A DNA stretch of 64,000 nucleotides from Chiloscyllium plagiosum (lineage: Eukaryota): contig NC_057749.1 in the NCBI RefSeq assembly GCF_004010195.1, positions 19,983,570-20,047,569 of the forward strand, read 5' to 3'. Positions 44,101 to 59,100 of the stretch are shown here, piece after piece (position 1 is the stretch's first letter; each line of letters opens with the position of its first letter). The notes beneath the pieces are model-generated. The model did no database searches. It was not told where the DNA came from and worked only from the letters and a program-made list of their open reading frames with translations. Made by a program: the position numbers and the translations under genes.

Positions 44101-47100
44101 TCAGCAAGCGCACAGGTTAGGAAAACAGGATTTGTTGCAAGACCATGGGCAGCAGAGTTTTAGATAACCAATTATAGAGTAGAATGTGGGAGACCAACCA
44201 GAATTGTGCTGAAATAGTCCAGTCTAGGGATAACAAAAACACAAATGAGGATTTCAGCAAGAGATGGGCTGAGACAGGGGAGAAGTTGGATCATGCTGCA
44301 GAGGTGAAGATGAGCAATCTTAATGTTGGCAGGAATATAAGATGAGAAGCTTAGCTTGGGATCAAGTGTGACACAAAGGCTGCAAACAGCCCAGTTTATT
44401 CTCAGACCACTGCCAGGGAGAGGAATGCAGTTGGTAGCTCAGAAACAGATTTGGAGCAGGGAGCATAATCAATAGTTTCAGTCTTCCCGTGAAGTAGATT
44501 GTAAGACCATAAGGCCATAAGATATAGGAACAAGATTAGGCCATTTGGCCCATTGAGCCTGCTCCAACTAAACATTTTTGGGGTGACAAGACTACTCTTT
44601 TTTGAGGTATTTTAGCTATTGGAGGTGATTTCCTCGAATTTCAGGAGCAGCAATTACTGGTTTATGCTGTTGCATTGTTTTGGAACTTTGGAGAAAAGAC
44701 AAGTCAAAACAACAGCACTTTTAAAAGGGAAAGGGACAGACAAAGGCAGCACGTGGTCAGGTCAGTGCAAGAGAGAGCGAGAGAGAGCGAGAGAAACCCA
44801 CACTGCTCCCTGACACAGCAGTGAACCTCCGCAGTTACTGCCTTTGCTGATGAATTCATTTATCACGGCATATCGGAGTGCATCTAGGAAAGTTAACAGT
44901 GAAATTCACAACGGATCTTGAAGGAACCTGTTTGGGAGAGGTCACAGCACAGAAAAAGATAAGTAAATAGTTTGAAGGATAGCCTTGCTGTAAATCTACA
45001 ATAGTGAATAGAGTGGGTTCTTTCTTGATTATATGTTTTATTGAGATATGTCTCTTGATTAAACTAAAAATATAAGCCATAAGTATTAAGTCAGCTGAGA
45101 GCAGTGTTTTATAGAGGAATAAGACTGTGCTATTTTCTGGATCTGCAGTTTGGAAGAAGCAAAAATGGCCTTTAGAAGAGTGATATACTCTTCTTGTCAG
45201 ATGTGGGAGTTTAGGGAGAGTTTACATGTAACTGAGGATAATATCTGCAATAAGTGCCATTGGTTGCATATCCTATCTGATCGAATGGATCGGTTAGAGC
45301 GACAGTTCGAGGCAGTGAGGAATTTACAAGAGCAAGGGAGTGTGATGGATGGCAGTTACAGGAAGGGAGAAAAGTTGCAGATTATGTCACAAAAATGAGT
45401 TAACTCCAGGAAAGGTAAGTGAAGTAGGCAGGTAGTGCAGGAGTCTTCTGTGGCTATCCCCATTTCAAACAAGTATGCTGTTTTGGAAAATGTAGGGAGT
45501 GATGGATTCTAAGGGGAATGTTGCACAAACAGCCATGTTCCTGGTTTTAAGACTGGCTTTAATGCAATGAGGGATATGTCAGGATCCAAGAGATCAATTG
45601 TGTTAGGGGACTCTCTAGTCCAAGGCACACACAGACGTCTCTGTGGCCAGCAGCTAAAAATCAGAATGGTGCATTGCCTTCCTGGTGCCAGGATGAAAGA
45701 TGTTTCAGAGAGGGTGCAGAATGTTGTCAAAGGGGAGAAAGCCCAGCAGTAGGATATTGTACACATTGGAATCTATGACATAAGAAGGCAAAAGGATGAG
45801 ATTCTGAAGGGAGAATATAGAGAGTTAGGCAGGAATTTAAAGAGGACGTCCTCGAAGATAGTAATATCTGGATTACTCTCAGTGCTACAAGCTCGTGAGG
45901 ACAGGAATAGAAGGATACAGCAGCTGAATGCATGGCTGAGGAGCTGGTGTATGGGAGAAGGATTCACATTCTTGGATTATTGGAATCTCTTCTGGGGTAG
46001 AAGTGACCTGTACAAGAAGGATGGAATGCACCTGAATTGGAAGGGGACTAACGTACTGGCAGGGAGATTTGCTAGAATTTCGCGGGAGGATTTAAACTAG
46101 TAATGTGGGGTGAGGGGTGGGGGCGAAGGAATCCAGGTAAATATTGAGGAAAGAGATCAATCTGAGACTGGTACAGTTGAGAAAAGAAGCTAGTCAAACA
46201 GTCAGGGCAGGCAGGGACAAAGCAGAGAACAAGGGAGGACTAATAAATTAAACTGCATTTATTTCAATGCAAGAGGCCTAACAGGGAAGTCAGATGAACT
46301 TAGGGCATGGTTAGGAACATGGGACTGGGATATCATAACAATTACAGAAACATAGCCCAGAGATGGACAGGACTGGCAGTTTAATGTTCCAGGATACAAA
46401 TGCGACAGAAAGGACAGAAAGGGAGGGAAGAAAGGAAGGGGAGTGGTGTTTTTGATAAGGGATAGCAATATGTACTGAGGGAGGATATTCCTGAAAATAC
46501 ATTCAGAGAAGTTATTGGGATGGAACTGAGAAATAAGAAAGGGCTGATCACCTTATTGCGATTTTATCATAGAACCCCCCTAATAGTCAACAGGAAATTG
46601 AGAAACAAATTTATAAGGAGATCTCAGTTATCTGTAATAATAGGGTGGTTACGGTAGGGAATTTTAACTTTCCAAACATAGACTTGGACTGCCATAGTGT
46701 TAAGGGTTTAGATGGAGAGGAATTTGTTAAGTGTTTACAAGAAAGTTTTCTGAGTCAGTATGTGGATGTACCTACCAGAGAAGGTGCAAAGCCTGACCTA
46801 CTCTTGGGAAATAAGGTAGGACAGGTGACAGGTGTCAGTGGCGGAGCATTTTGGGGCCAGCGAGCAAAACTCTATTAGTTTTAAAGTGGTGATGGAAAAG
46901 GATAGCCAGATCTAAAAATTGAAGTTCTAAATTGGAGGAAGGCCAATTTTGACAGTATTAGGCAAGAACTTTCAAAAGCTGATTGGGGGCAGATGTTCAC
47001 AGGTAAAGGGACGGCTGGAAAATGGGAAGCCTTCAGAAATGAGATAACCAGACTCTACAGACAGCGTATTCCTGTTCGAATGAAAGGAAAGGCTGGTAGG

Positions 47101-50100
47101 TATAGGGAATGCTGGATGACCAGAGAAATTAAGGGTTTGGTTAAGAACAAGGAGGAAGCATCTGTCAGGTACAGACAACAGCAATCGAGTCAATCTTTAG
47201 AAGAATGTAAAGGAAGTAGGAGTGTACTTAAGAGGGAAATCAGGAGGGCAAAAAGGAGACATGAGATCACTTCAGCAAATAGTGTTAAGGAGAATCCAAA
47301 ATGTTTTTACAAATACATTAAGGACAAAAGGGTAACTAGGGAGAGAATAGGGCCCCTCAAAGTGGTTTTTGTTTGGAGTTGCAGGAAATGGGGGAAGATA
47401 CTAAACGAGTATTTTGCATCAGTGTTTACTGTGGAGAAGGACAACGTCCATATTACAGATGTCAAAGTACGGGATGTCTTGAAACGCACAAAAGCGGATA
47501 CATCCCCAGGACCTGATCAGGTGCACCCTAGAACTCTGTGGGAAGCTAGAGAAGTGATTGCTGGGCCTCTCGCTGAGATATTTGAATCATCTTTAGTCAC
47601 AAATGAGGTGCCGGAAAACTGGAGGTGGGAAAACTTGATGCCACTATTTAAGAAAAATGGTTAGGACAAGCCAGGGAACAATACACCAGTGAGCGTGACG
47701 TCAGTGGCGGACAGGTTATTGGAGGGAATCCTGAGGGACAGGATGTACATGTATTTGGAAAGGCAAGGACTGATTAGGGATAGTCAACATGGCTTTGTGC
47801 GTGGGAAATTGTGTCTCACGGACTTGATTGGGTTTTTTGAAGAAGTACCAAAGAGGATTGATGAGCGCAGAGTGGTAGATGTGATCTATATGGACTTCAG
47901 TAAGGTATTCGACAAGGTTCCGCATGGAAGACTGGTTAGCAAGGTTAAATCTCATGGAAGACAGGGAGAACTAGCCACTTGGATTTAAACTGGCTTGAAG
48001 GTAGAAGACAGAGGGAGATGGTGGAGGGCTGTTTTTCAGACGGGAGGTCTGTGACCAGTAGAGTGCCACAAGGATCGGTGCCAGGTCCACTACTTTTCAT
48101 CATTTATATATGATTTGGACATGAGCATAAGAGGTACAGTTAGTAAGTTGGCAGATGACACCAAAATTGGAGGTGTAGTGGACAGCAAAGAAGGTTACCT
48201 CGGATTACAACAGGATCTTGATCAGATGAGTCAATGGGCTGAGGAGTGGCAGATGGAGTTTAGTTTAGATAAATGCGAGTTGCTGCATTTTGGGAAAGCT
48301 TCATGGTAAGGTCTTAGGAAGTATTGCTAAACAAAGAGACCTTGGAGTGCAGGTTCATAGCTCCTTGAAAGTGGAGTCGCAGGTAGATAGGAGAGTGAAG
48401 GCGGCGTTTGGTATGCTTTCCTTTGTTGGTCAGAGTATTGAGTACAGGAGTTGGGAGGTCATGTTGCGGCTGTACAAGAGATTGGTTAGGCCACTTTTGG
48501 ACTTTCGTGTGCAATTCTGGTCTCCTTCCTATTGCAAGGATGTCGTAAAACTTGAAAGGGTTCAGAAAAGATTGACAAGGATGTTGCCAGGTTTGGAGGT
48601 TTTGAGTTATAGGGAGAGGTTGAATAGGCTAGGACTGTTTTCCCTGGAGTGTCGGAGCCTGACATTATAGAGACTTATAAAATGTTGAGGGGCATGAATA
48701 GGGTAAATAGACAAGGTCTTTTCCCTGGAGTGGGGACTCCAAATGAGAGTGTATAGATTCAGGGTGAGAGGGGAAAAGATATAAAAGAGACCTACGGGGC
48801 AATTTTTTCACACAGAGTGTGGTGCGTGTATGGAATGAGATGCCAGAGGAAGTGATGGAGACTGGTACAATTGCAACATTTAAAAGGCATCTGGATGGGT
48901 ATATGAATAGGAAGGGTTTGGAGGGATACAGGGCAGGCGGTAGCAAGTGGGACTAGATTCGGTTGGGATCTAGTGGTCGGCATGGACGAGTTGGACCGAA
49001 AGGTCTGTTTCCATGCTATACATCTCTTTGACTCTTTTTGATCATGGCTGATATGTTTCTCAATCCCAGTCTCCTGCCTTCCCCCTGTAACCCTTCATCC
49101 CCTTACCAATCAAGAACCACTATCTCTGTCTTAGATACACTCAATGACTTGGCTTCCACAGCCCTCTGCCGTAATGAATTCCACAGATTCATTCTTCTGC
49201 CTGAAGAAATTCCTCCTCATCTCAGTTTTGCAGGGTTGTCCCATCATTCAGAGGCTACGTCCTTGGGTCCTAGTCTCTCCTCCTAGTGGAAATGTTTTCT
49301 CCACATCGACTCTATCCAGGCCTCTCAGTAAGTTTCAATGAGATCGCCCCTACACTCCTAAACTCAACCAAGTACAGACCCAGCAACCTCAACTACCCCT
49401 GATATGACAAATCCATCGTTCCCAGAATCAGCAACATCGGTGTGGGAGCACCTTGACAACATGTACTGCAGTGGCTTATGAACAAGTTCCACCACTGCCT
49501 TCTCAGAGAAACGGACCCAGCCATGTCAGTGTTGCCCACATCCCAAGAATCGACAGAAAGGATGGATCGGTCCAAACAGTCAACCATTAATTTTACCATG
49601 GTTTTACACTAACTGTTGAAAACTAAGACCAAGAGTTCTGGCTTTGCCCATGGTCACTTGATGTGTTGCCTTCATTGTTCTGAAACCTACTGACCACAGC
49701 CTGCAACTCCAGAGCTTTAATTAACAACATACCTCCATTTTAAAGCTTCATTAAATAAACACTGGTGTAACGAATAATCAAAAGTCAAGCCAACAGGAAA
49801 ACAAAGAAACTGTGTAATTACACAGGAGATGGCAGATCCATAATTAAAGTCCCATTCGTGATGGTATACAAACACTGCCAAAGTTTAAGATACAATCTTA
49901 CCTGCATCAAGTACTTGGGACTCTCGGGCATCCCCATAGCATAGATCAACGCAGAGGTCAGACTGGGTACTGAACACAGCAGCACAAAAAGCCTCCAGCT
50001 CTGAAAATGTATAGAACCCAGCTGGAAAGACAATGAAGTCCTGGGGATAACCAGCCAAGCCAGACCTGAGGACAAAGGTTAAAATCACAGTATTAAGTCA

Positions 50101-53100
50101 TGATTCAACTGAAGTATGGTACACTAACACAGTGCTAGGGCTGGACTCCAGACCCATAGCAATGTGGTTGATTCTTAACTGCCCTCTAGGTAGTTAGAGA
50201 TGGGCAATAAATGCTAGCCTAGCCAGAAATTCCCTCATCCCATGAATGAATAAAAACAAGCACAGAATTAACAGTTTCCAAACATAGTTAAGTGTAGTTT
50301 ACACAGAGAACTAAAAACACCTTTAATCAAAGCAAACTGTATTTTTAATATTTTTGGTTATGAATTAAACATTCCACACTTTTTTTAAAAAGCAATTCAT
50401 GCTGCAATTCCACAAGAAATAACTGATTCATTCTGATCATTTGACTATTCTTTCTACCATCTCTACTCCAGTTGGAAAGTTTTCACCTCCAAACAGTTTA
50501 AAATCATGGTTCAGTTTGAATGAAAATCTAGGTAGAATTTATCAGCAATAAAGTCATAGAGATGTACAGCACGGAAACAGACCCTTCAGTCCAACCCGTC
50601 CATGCCGACCAGATATCCCAACCCAATCTAGTCTCACCTGCCAGCACCCGGCCCATATCCCTTCAAACCCTTCCTATTTATGTACCCATCCAAATGCCTT
50701 TTAAATGTTGCAATTGTACCAGCCTCACTTACTTCATCTGGCAGCTCATTCCAAACACATACCACCCTCTGTGTGAAAAAGTTGCCCCGTAGGTCTCTTT
50801 TATATCTTTCCCCTCTCACCCTAAACCTATGCCCTCTAGTTATACTTCTCATTGTGATGCTACAATAATATGACAAATTGCACATGTAACAAGTTTAATA
50901 TTTATCTTCTTTAGCCGTTCCCATCTTTTCTTCCTCTATGTTGAAATTCGCCCATGACTTCACCCTTTTCACATCTCCCCAATTGCCTCCTAGATTTCAG
51001 TGCTCCTTCAATTCTGGCCTCTGGGGCATCCCAGATTTACATTTTTTTGACATAAGCATCACTGGCAAAGCATTTGTTCCCAACCTCTTATTGCACTTGA
51101 ACTAATGGATTGCTCAACCATTTCAGGGAGCAGTTTGGAGTCAAGCACATTGCTGTGGGTCTGGAGTTATGTGTTCAGACCAATTAATAACAACAGACTT
51201 CCTTCCCTACATTGTGAACCAGATGGGTTTTTCGGACAACTCATGATATTTCTCATGCTCACCATCACTGAGATATATATTTCAGATCTTTTGGCCAAAT
51301 TTAAATTATATCACACTGTAAACTTTTGCTTTAAATTCCGTGTCCTATGAGCTTATACACCACAACCACCTGATGAAGGAGCAGCGCTCAGAAAGCTAGT
51401 GCTTCCAAATAAACCTGTTGGAGTATAACCTGTTGTTGTGGTGATTTTTAACTTTGTACACCCCAGTCCAACACCAGCTCCTCCAAATCAAATTTAAATT
51501 CCGCCAGCTGCCACAGTGGAATTTGAAACTGCAACTTTCCCTCCTACAGAGCATTAGTCTGGGCTTCTGGATTACTACCTGGGCCCCAAGTTCTTGAATT
51601 TCTTCCCTAAACCTTTCCACCACCAATTCTACCCACTCTTTGGAGATGTTCCTTAAAGAAAATTACTTCTTTCATGCCACTATTTGTTATCTGTGTTAAT
51701 ATCTGCCTCTGTGACTTTGTGTTAAACATTATCTGATGAAGTTCTTCTGTGAAGCTTTGTAGGCTTTTTACAATCTAAAAGGCTCTATGTGTATACATGT
51801 CTCAATGTCATCAGAGCAAAGAGCTATTGTGAACTAATAAGTAGATGCCTGGTTTCTGTGGGGAAAAAAAACCTAGAAGCTGATAGCCTGCGAGAGCCCT
51901 GTATCCAGCACAGAGCAGGAATCATCCTGTGCCTGTGTAGCACTGTTTACAGTATAGGAAGTCAACAGCTTTCATGCTTCTGTCAATGAAGTATTAAACA
52001 TCAATAGACATACAGATTAGCAGAATGGCAAATAAAATGCAATGCACAGGAATCTGAAATGATTTATATTGAAAGGAAGAACATGAGTCAATATAAAATA
52101 TAGGCCACAATATAAAAAGGGGTGAAAGAGCACGTGCATAAATCATTGAAGATGGCAAAACATGCTGAGAGCAGGTAACAACATACACAGCATCCTGGGC
52201 TTCATTGATTGGAACTCAGAATACAAAAGCAAAGAAGTCACATTAAACTTGCGTCAGCGGGCATAATATGTCCTGTTCTAAGCACCAGTTCAGGAAGGCA
52301 TTAGAGGGGGTAAGATTCACGAGAATGGCTCCAGGGATGTGGAACTTCAAGGAGAAGTCTCAACTTCTCCAATTAGCGTGTGTAACTGAAAAAGGGAAGG
52401 CTGAGAGGAGATTTGATAAATGTGCTCAAAATCACGAGGGATCTGGACTGAGTAGATAGAGAGGAATTGTCCCTATTCACAGAAGTTAAGAATGAGAGGC
52501 ACAGAGTTACGGGAATAGGCGAAAGCAACAGTGACATGAGGCCAAACGTTTTCATACAGCAAGTGGTACAAACCTGGAATCCACTGCCTTATTGTGTGAT
52601 GGAGACAGATTAAATCAAGGCATTCAAAAAGGAAATAGATTATAAGGAAGGACATTGCAACTTTGGTCAGCCAGCAGAGCTACAACAGGCTGAATGCCCT
52701 TCTTCTCTGGTGTAACCATTCTATAATTCCATGATTCATGCTACTTCTCATCAAACGTTGACCTGGGAGAATTCAGTCTGTGCCCAGCACCTCCATTACA
52801 CTGTCTAACCTCCAAAGCTAAGCTTCTTTGAGTCACACACAAATTTAGATTTCTTTCTTGAAGTGCAGTCAGATTTTAAAATCTACCCTAGTGCAGTCAA
52901 CTCTTCCTGAGTGGTTTAAAAATGATTTGGAATGATCCATGAGTTAAATCTAGGACTCCCAGACTTGAGTCTGAGAGGCAACTCCCCTAGTGAGCTGTGT
53001 TTCCATGATCCTCGGTAACCCCAAATATGCAGCCTGGCACCTCTTACAAACACACCTTCAAGTGGCCTTGATTAAAAACAAATTATAACATGGCATGTGT

Positions 53101-56100
53101 TCAAATAGGCTGCTTTGAGGAGGATACAGTGGCTAGTACTGTTACCTCACAGTGCCAGGGACCCAGGTTCAATTCCAGGTATGGTGACTATTTGGAGTTT
53201 GCACATTCTCTCCATATCTGCAAGGGCTGCAATTGGGTGTTCCAAATTCTTCCCACAGTCCAAAGATGTTCAGGTTAGGTGGATTAGCCACAGTAAAAAT
53301 GCGGGGTTACAGGATATGGTGGGCTGCTCTTCGAAGGGTTGGTGCATACCTGATGGGCTGAATGACCTCTTTCTTCACTGTAGGGATTCTATGATCTCCA
53401 TGTCCGTACATTAGATCACCAGTAGATGGCAAAGTCACAGCACAGACTCTGTTATCACTGGATTATAGGCTTTGTGTGTCATCGAGTCATATAGCATACA
53501 CATGGACTTTTCAACCTACCATGTCTATGCTGACCAACAAACACTGTACTACACTAATCCCGTTTACCAGCACTTGGTCCATAACCTTTCATGCCCTACA
53601 TTTCAAGTGCTCATGTGGAATGAATGGTGCAGATGGTAAAGACAACTTTACATTATAAATATGTCTCAACAGCTGCATTCCAAGCTAGATATAATTTCTC
53701 AAAAATAATTCTTTGACACTTCATAAATCGTACAAAGCTGATAGCTCCTAGTTAGATAGCATAATCCTGCTGCATCTCAACAGCTAGCTCAACTTGTGTG
53801 TTAACCTCCATCTTCCCAATGCCAAGATGGTAATATCAACCTTTATTTCTGTTGCATAGCATCCTACAACGAGAAGCAACATCAAAGTGCTTTCCAACTA
53901 GCAGAGAAAGATTTAAATCACTGCAGAGTGAGGAGAAGTTGATCCCAGTCATAAATCTGTGAAAGGTTTCACGGTACTACAAATACAAATTCAATAACTT
54001 GTGGGGTATAACTTTGCTGAATAAAATGTTAAGATTTAATATGGCACACAGCACAAGCAGGATTAAGAAAGGCTTTTGCATTTGTTAGCAAACGGAACAA
54101 AAGAGAGTAGGTAGAAAGGTAGGTTCTGCTGCACAGCAATAAAGGTTGATTCCCACAGGGAAGCAATGAATAGTATTCATTATACTGTAAGAGTAGCAAT
54201 TCTTTTATGCTTACAATAAAATGGCCACATTTGGAGTATTACATACAGTTCTCGTCACTGCGTTATAGGAAGGATGCAGAAGCTTTGGAAAGGGTTCAGA
54301 GGAGACTTACTAGGATGTTGCCTGGTTTGGAGGGAAGGTCTTATGAGGAAAGGCTGAGGGACGTGAGGCTGTTTTCGTTCAAGAGAAGAAGGTTGAGAGA
54401 TGACGTATTTGAGACATACGAGATAATCAGAGGGTGAGATAGGTTGGACAGTGAGAGCATCTTTCCTTGGATGGTGATGGCTAGCATGAGGGGACATAGC
54501 TTTAAACTGAGAGGTGATAGATATAGGACAAATATCAGAGGTAGTTTCTTTACTCAGTAGTAGGGATGTGGAATGCACTGCCTGCAACAGGAATAGACTC
54601 AGCAACTTTAAGAGCATTTAAATGGTCATTGGATAGGTATATGGACGAGAATAGAATAGAGTAGGTCAGATGAGCTTCAGATTGGTTCCACAGGTTGGCG
54701 CAACATCGAGGGCTGAAGGGTCTGCACTGCGCTGTAATGTTCTATAGTCTAAGACAGGTGATCAATGCAAAATGTTGAAGCTGAAAATCAGGGACAGTGT
54801 ACTATCGTTCAAGTGGAAGGAAGAAACACCTTAGCAAGAGAGGAGTCCATTAATGATTGGTAGGGCAGCACGGTGGCACAGTGGTGAGAACTGCTGCCTC
54901 ACAGCACCAGGGACCCAGCCTTGGTTACAGCCTTGGTGACAGTCTGCATGGAGCTTGTATGCTCGCCCCATGTCTGTGGGGTTTCTGCCGGTTAGTCTGG
55001 TTTCCTCCCAGACTCCAAAGATATGCAGATTAGGTGAAATGGCCATGTTAAATTGCCCTGTGGTGTCCAGGGATGTGGAGATTCAGTGGATTAGCCACTG
55101 GAAATGCAAGGTTACAGGGACAGGATTGGAGGGAGAGGGGGACTGGCTGGAATTCTCTTCAGAGGGTTGGCTGCAGGCTTGATGGGCTGAATGGCCTCTA
55201 TCTGTACTGTAGGGATTCTATGATTCTATTAATGTTAAGTGCAGGAAACATATCAGAGGGATGGAGACCTGAAAAGCAGAAATATTCCTCATTATACCTC
55301 ATATTAAATATTATGCAGTTAATCAAGGGGGAAATGAAGAGACTCTTTCTGAGCCGTATGCTTCTGTGACCTACTCTAGATAATTCTGTTTAACATTCAC
55401 TGGAATTGTCTAAGCAAATGATGTTCCAACATGATAAAAGACCAATTTCCTATGTGGCCACATGGAGTCAGCACCACCATAACGTATTCACATCTTTGGC
55501 AATTAGCAGCTCTCTTGCCAAAACTGCCCTAGGAAGCAATATCAGGCACAGAAAGGAAGCCAATTGAACAGAGTTCGACAAGAAGGAGGAGTATAACCCT
55601 CCATTTTCTCCTTCACACACAGAAGCACAACTCCACTCACCTGCTGCTAAAATATTTCCTGCCATCCAGAAAGTGGCCAAAGCACTGACCATGCAGCCTC
55701 TTTTATTCCGAGGTTGAAATTCCGAAAAATAGGAGAATATGACTGGTATGGAGCCACCAACACTAAAGAAACAATCAATCAATCAGAGTTAAATTATAAC
55801 AAAGATCCACCACAACAACACAGCATGTTGGCACCATGCAGCAGACCGAGATCAAAGGACACCTATCTCAACTTGCAGTTGCATCAAAAATTATAAATAT
55901 TTTGGGTCCAATTCAGGAGATCCCATCTTCCAGGTGGAATACTAAACCCAAAGCCCGATTAAACTCTCAGGCAGATGCAAACTATCAGGGCACTATGTTA
56001 AACAAGTGGAGTTCATATCAATGTCCCAGCCAATGTTTATCCCTCAGCCAATGTAATTAACAACAAATCACCTGCTCACTTATCAAGTTGCTGCTTGTGG

Positions 56101-59100
56101 GATCTTGCTATCCACAAAATAATAACTGTGTTGTTGATATGGCAACAGTCACTATGCTTTAAAACTACTTAACTGGCTGTAAAACACTTTTCAATTTCCT
56201 GAGTTTGTGAAATGTGCTCAGAAAATGCAACTCTTTCTTGCAGGTATATCACATGGATCCAAACGGGCATGGAAAGTAGGTATAAAGAACGTGATAGAGC
56301 AGAAAGCTTATCTTTGAGCATTTCTCAACCCATCGGGGTCATGACGAGCAATTAGGGTTATGATCCCCCTGCAACCAGACTTGTAAGTTCCCTCTCTTCT
56401 GTGACAGCAGTGGCAACTGTAGATCAGAGACTTAGACAGGACAGTGCTTACACAATGCAAACACAAGACACAATTCTTCTCTTGATTTATTTGGTGACCC
56501 TGTTCTCATAAGTCCCCACTGTTCTCCAAGCTCTAACCACTGTTCTTCAAAGCTTCAACACCCAAACCATTTATAGCTAAAGGATTCTGGGTAATCCAAG
56601 TTGGAGTCTGGGAAAAAATTGTAGCTGTAACAGTTGCTCCTTTTTTTTGAGGTATTTTAGATGCTGGAGATGTTTTCCTCGAATTTCAGGAACAGTAATT
56701 ACTGTTTTATAAGCTGTTGCATTGTTTTGGAACTTTGGGGAAAAAGATCAAAACAATGGCACTTTTAAAAGGAGGAAGAGAACAAAGATAGAGACAAAGG
56801 TGGGTGGATGAGTGAGTGAGTGGGTGAGTGGGGGGGCAGAGGCGGAGTGAAAGAGAGAGAGAGAGCACGCGCAAGCGAGCACAGCTATTGCCTTTGCTGT
56901 TTGAGTTCAAGTATTTGTAGACATCGGAGTGTGTCTAAGAATAATGAACAAACAGCAAATTTCACAGCTGACCTTGGAGGAGCCTGTGGGGGAGAGTTCT
57001 CAGCACAGGAGCAGATAAATGCAAGGTTTTTAAGTGTAAACTTGCTGTCTTTTTTCAATAGTGAGCAGAGTGGGTTCTTCTTGGTTATATCTTTCTATTG
57101 AGATCTGTCTCTTGATTAAAATTTAAAAATATAAAACATTGGTACTAAGTTAGCCTGGAACAGTGTTTTTTAGAGCAGTAATACTGTGCTATTTTCTGTA
57201 GATTGTTAAGCTTCAAAGATGGCCTTTAGTAGAGTGATGTGCTCTTCCTGTTGGATGTCGGAGATTAGGGAGAATTTCCATGTTACTGATGATTTGGTCT
57301 GCAGGGAGTGTTTTTGGTTGCAAATCCTCTTCAGTCGCATTGATTGGTTGCAGCAGCAGTTAGAGGCAATGAGGAATTTACAGGAGCTAGGGGATGTGAT
57401 GGATGGCAGTGATAGGAAGGGGGAAAAATTGCAGATACAGTCAAGTAGATGAGTTACCACCAGGAAGGTAGGAGAGGGAGGCAGGTACTGCAGGAGTCTC
57501 CTGTGGCTATCCCCATCTCAAACACGTATGCTGTTTTGGAACATGTAGGGGGTGCTGGGAAACGTAGCACAAACAGGCAAGTTTCTGGTACCGAGACTGG
57601 CTCAAATGTAGCGAAAGGTACATCAGGTTCCAAGCGATCGATTCTGATATACCCATCCAGATGCCTTTTAAATGTTGCAATTGTACTAGCCTCCACCACT
57701 TCCTCTGGCAGCTCATTCCATACACGCACCACCCTCTGCATGAAAAAGTTGCCCCTTAAGCCTCTTTTATATCTTTTCCCTATCAGCATAATCCTCTGCC
57801 CTCTAGTTCTGGACATCCTACCCCAGGGAAAAGACCTTGTCTATTTATCCTATCCATGCCCCTCATGATTTTATAATCCTCAATGTGGTCACCCCTCAGC
57901 CTTCGACACTCCAGGGAAAACAGCCCCAGCCTATTCAACCTCTCTCTTTACCTCAAATCCTCCAATCCTGACAACATCCTTGTCATCCTTTTATGAACTC
58001 TTTCAAGTTTCACAACTTTTCGATAAGAAGGAGACCAGAATTGCATGCAATATTCCAAAAGTGGCAAAACCAATGTCCTGTACAGCCGCAACATGACAGC
58101 CCAACTCCTGTACTCAATACTCTGACCAATAAAGGAAAGCATAACAAACACCTTCTTTACTATCCTATCTACCTGCTACTCTACTTTCACAGAGCTATGA
58201 ACCTGCACTCCAAGGTCTCTTTGTGCAGCAACACCCCCTTAGACCTTACCATTAAGTGTATAAGTTCTGCTAAGATTTGCTTTCCCAAAATGCAGCATCC
58301 TGCATTTATCTAAATTAAACTCCATTTTTCAAGATGTCATCATCTAATTCCCTACATTCTATATCTTCCATGTTCTTCTCCACAGTAAACACTGATGCAA
58401 AATATTCACTTAATATCTACCCCATGTCCCACGGCTCCACACAAAGGCCTCCTTGCTGATCTTTGAGGGGCCCTATTCCTTCCTAGTTTTGTCTTTAATG
58501 TATTTGTAAAAACCCTTTGAATTTGCTTTAACTCTAATTGCCAAAGCTATGTCATGTCACCTTTTTGCCCTATGATTTCCCACTTAAGTATGGTCCTACT
58601 GCCTTTATACTCTACGGATTCATTTCATCTATTTTGTCTATATCAGACATATGCTTCCTTCTTATTCTTAACCAAACCCTCAATTTCATCAGTCATCCAG
58701 CATTACCTACACGTACCACCCTTTCCTTTCACCCTAACAGGATTATACTATCTCTAGACTCTTCGTTATCTCAGTTCTGAAGGCTTCCCATTTTCCAGCT
58801 GTCCCTTTACCTGCCCCCCCCCCCTCCACTGACACCTCAGTCACCTGCCCTACCTTATTTCCCAAGAGTAGGTCACACTATGCACCTACTCTAGTCGGTA
58901 CATCCACATACTGAATCAGAAAACTTTCTTGTAAACACTTAAATTCCTCTCCATCTAAACCCTTAACACTATGGCAGTCCCAATCTATGTTTGGTAAATT
59001 AAAATTCCCTACCATAACCACCCCATTATTCTTACAGATAGCTGAGATCTCCTTACAAATTTGTTTCTCAATTTCCCACTGACTATTGGGGGTCTATAAT

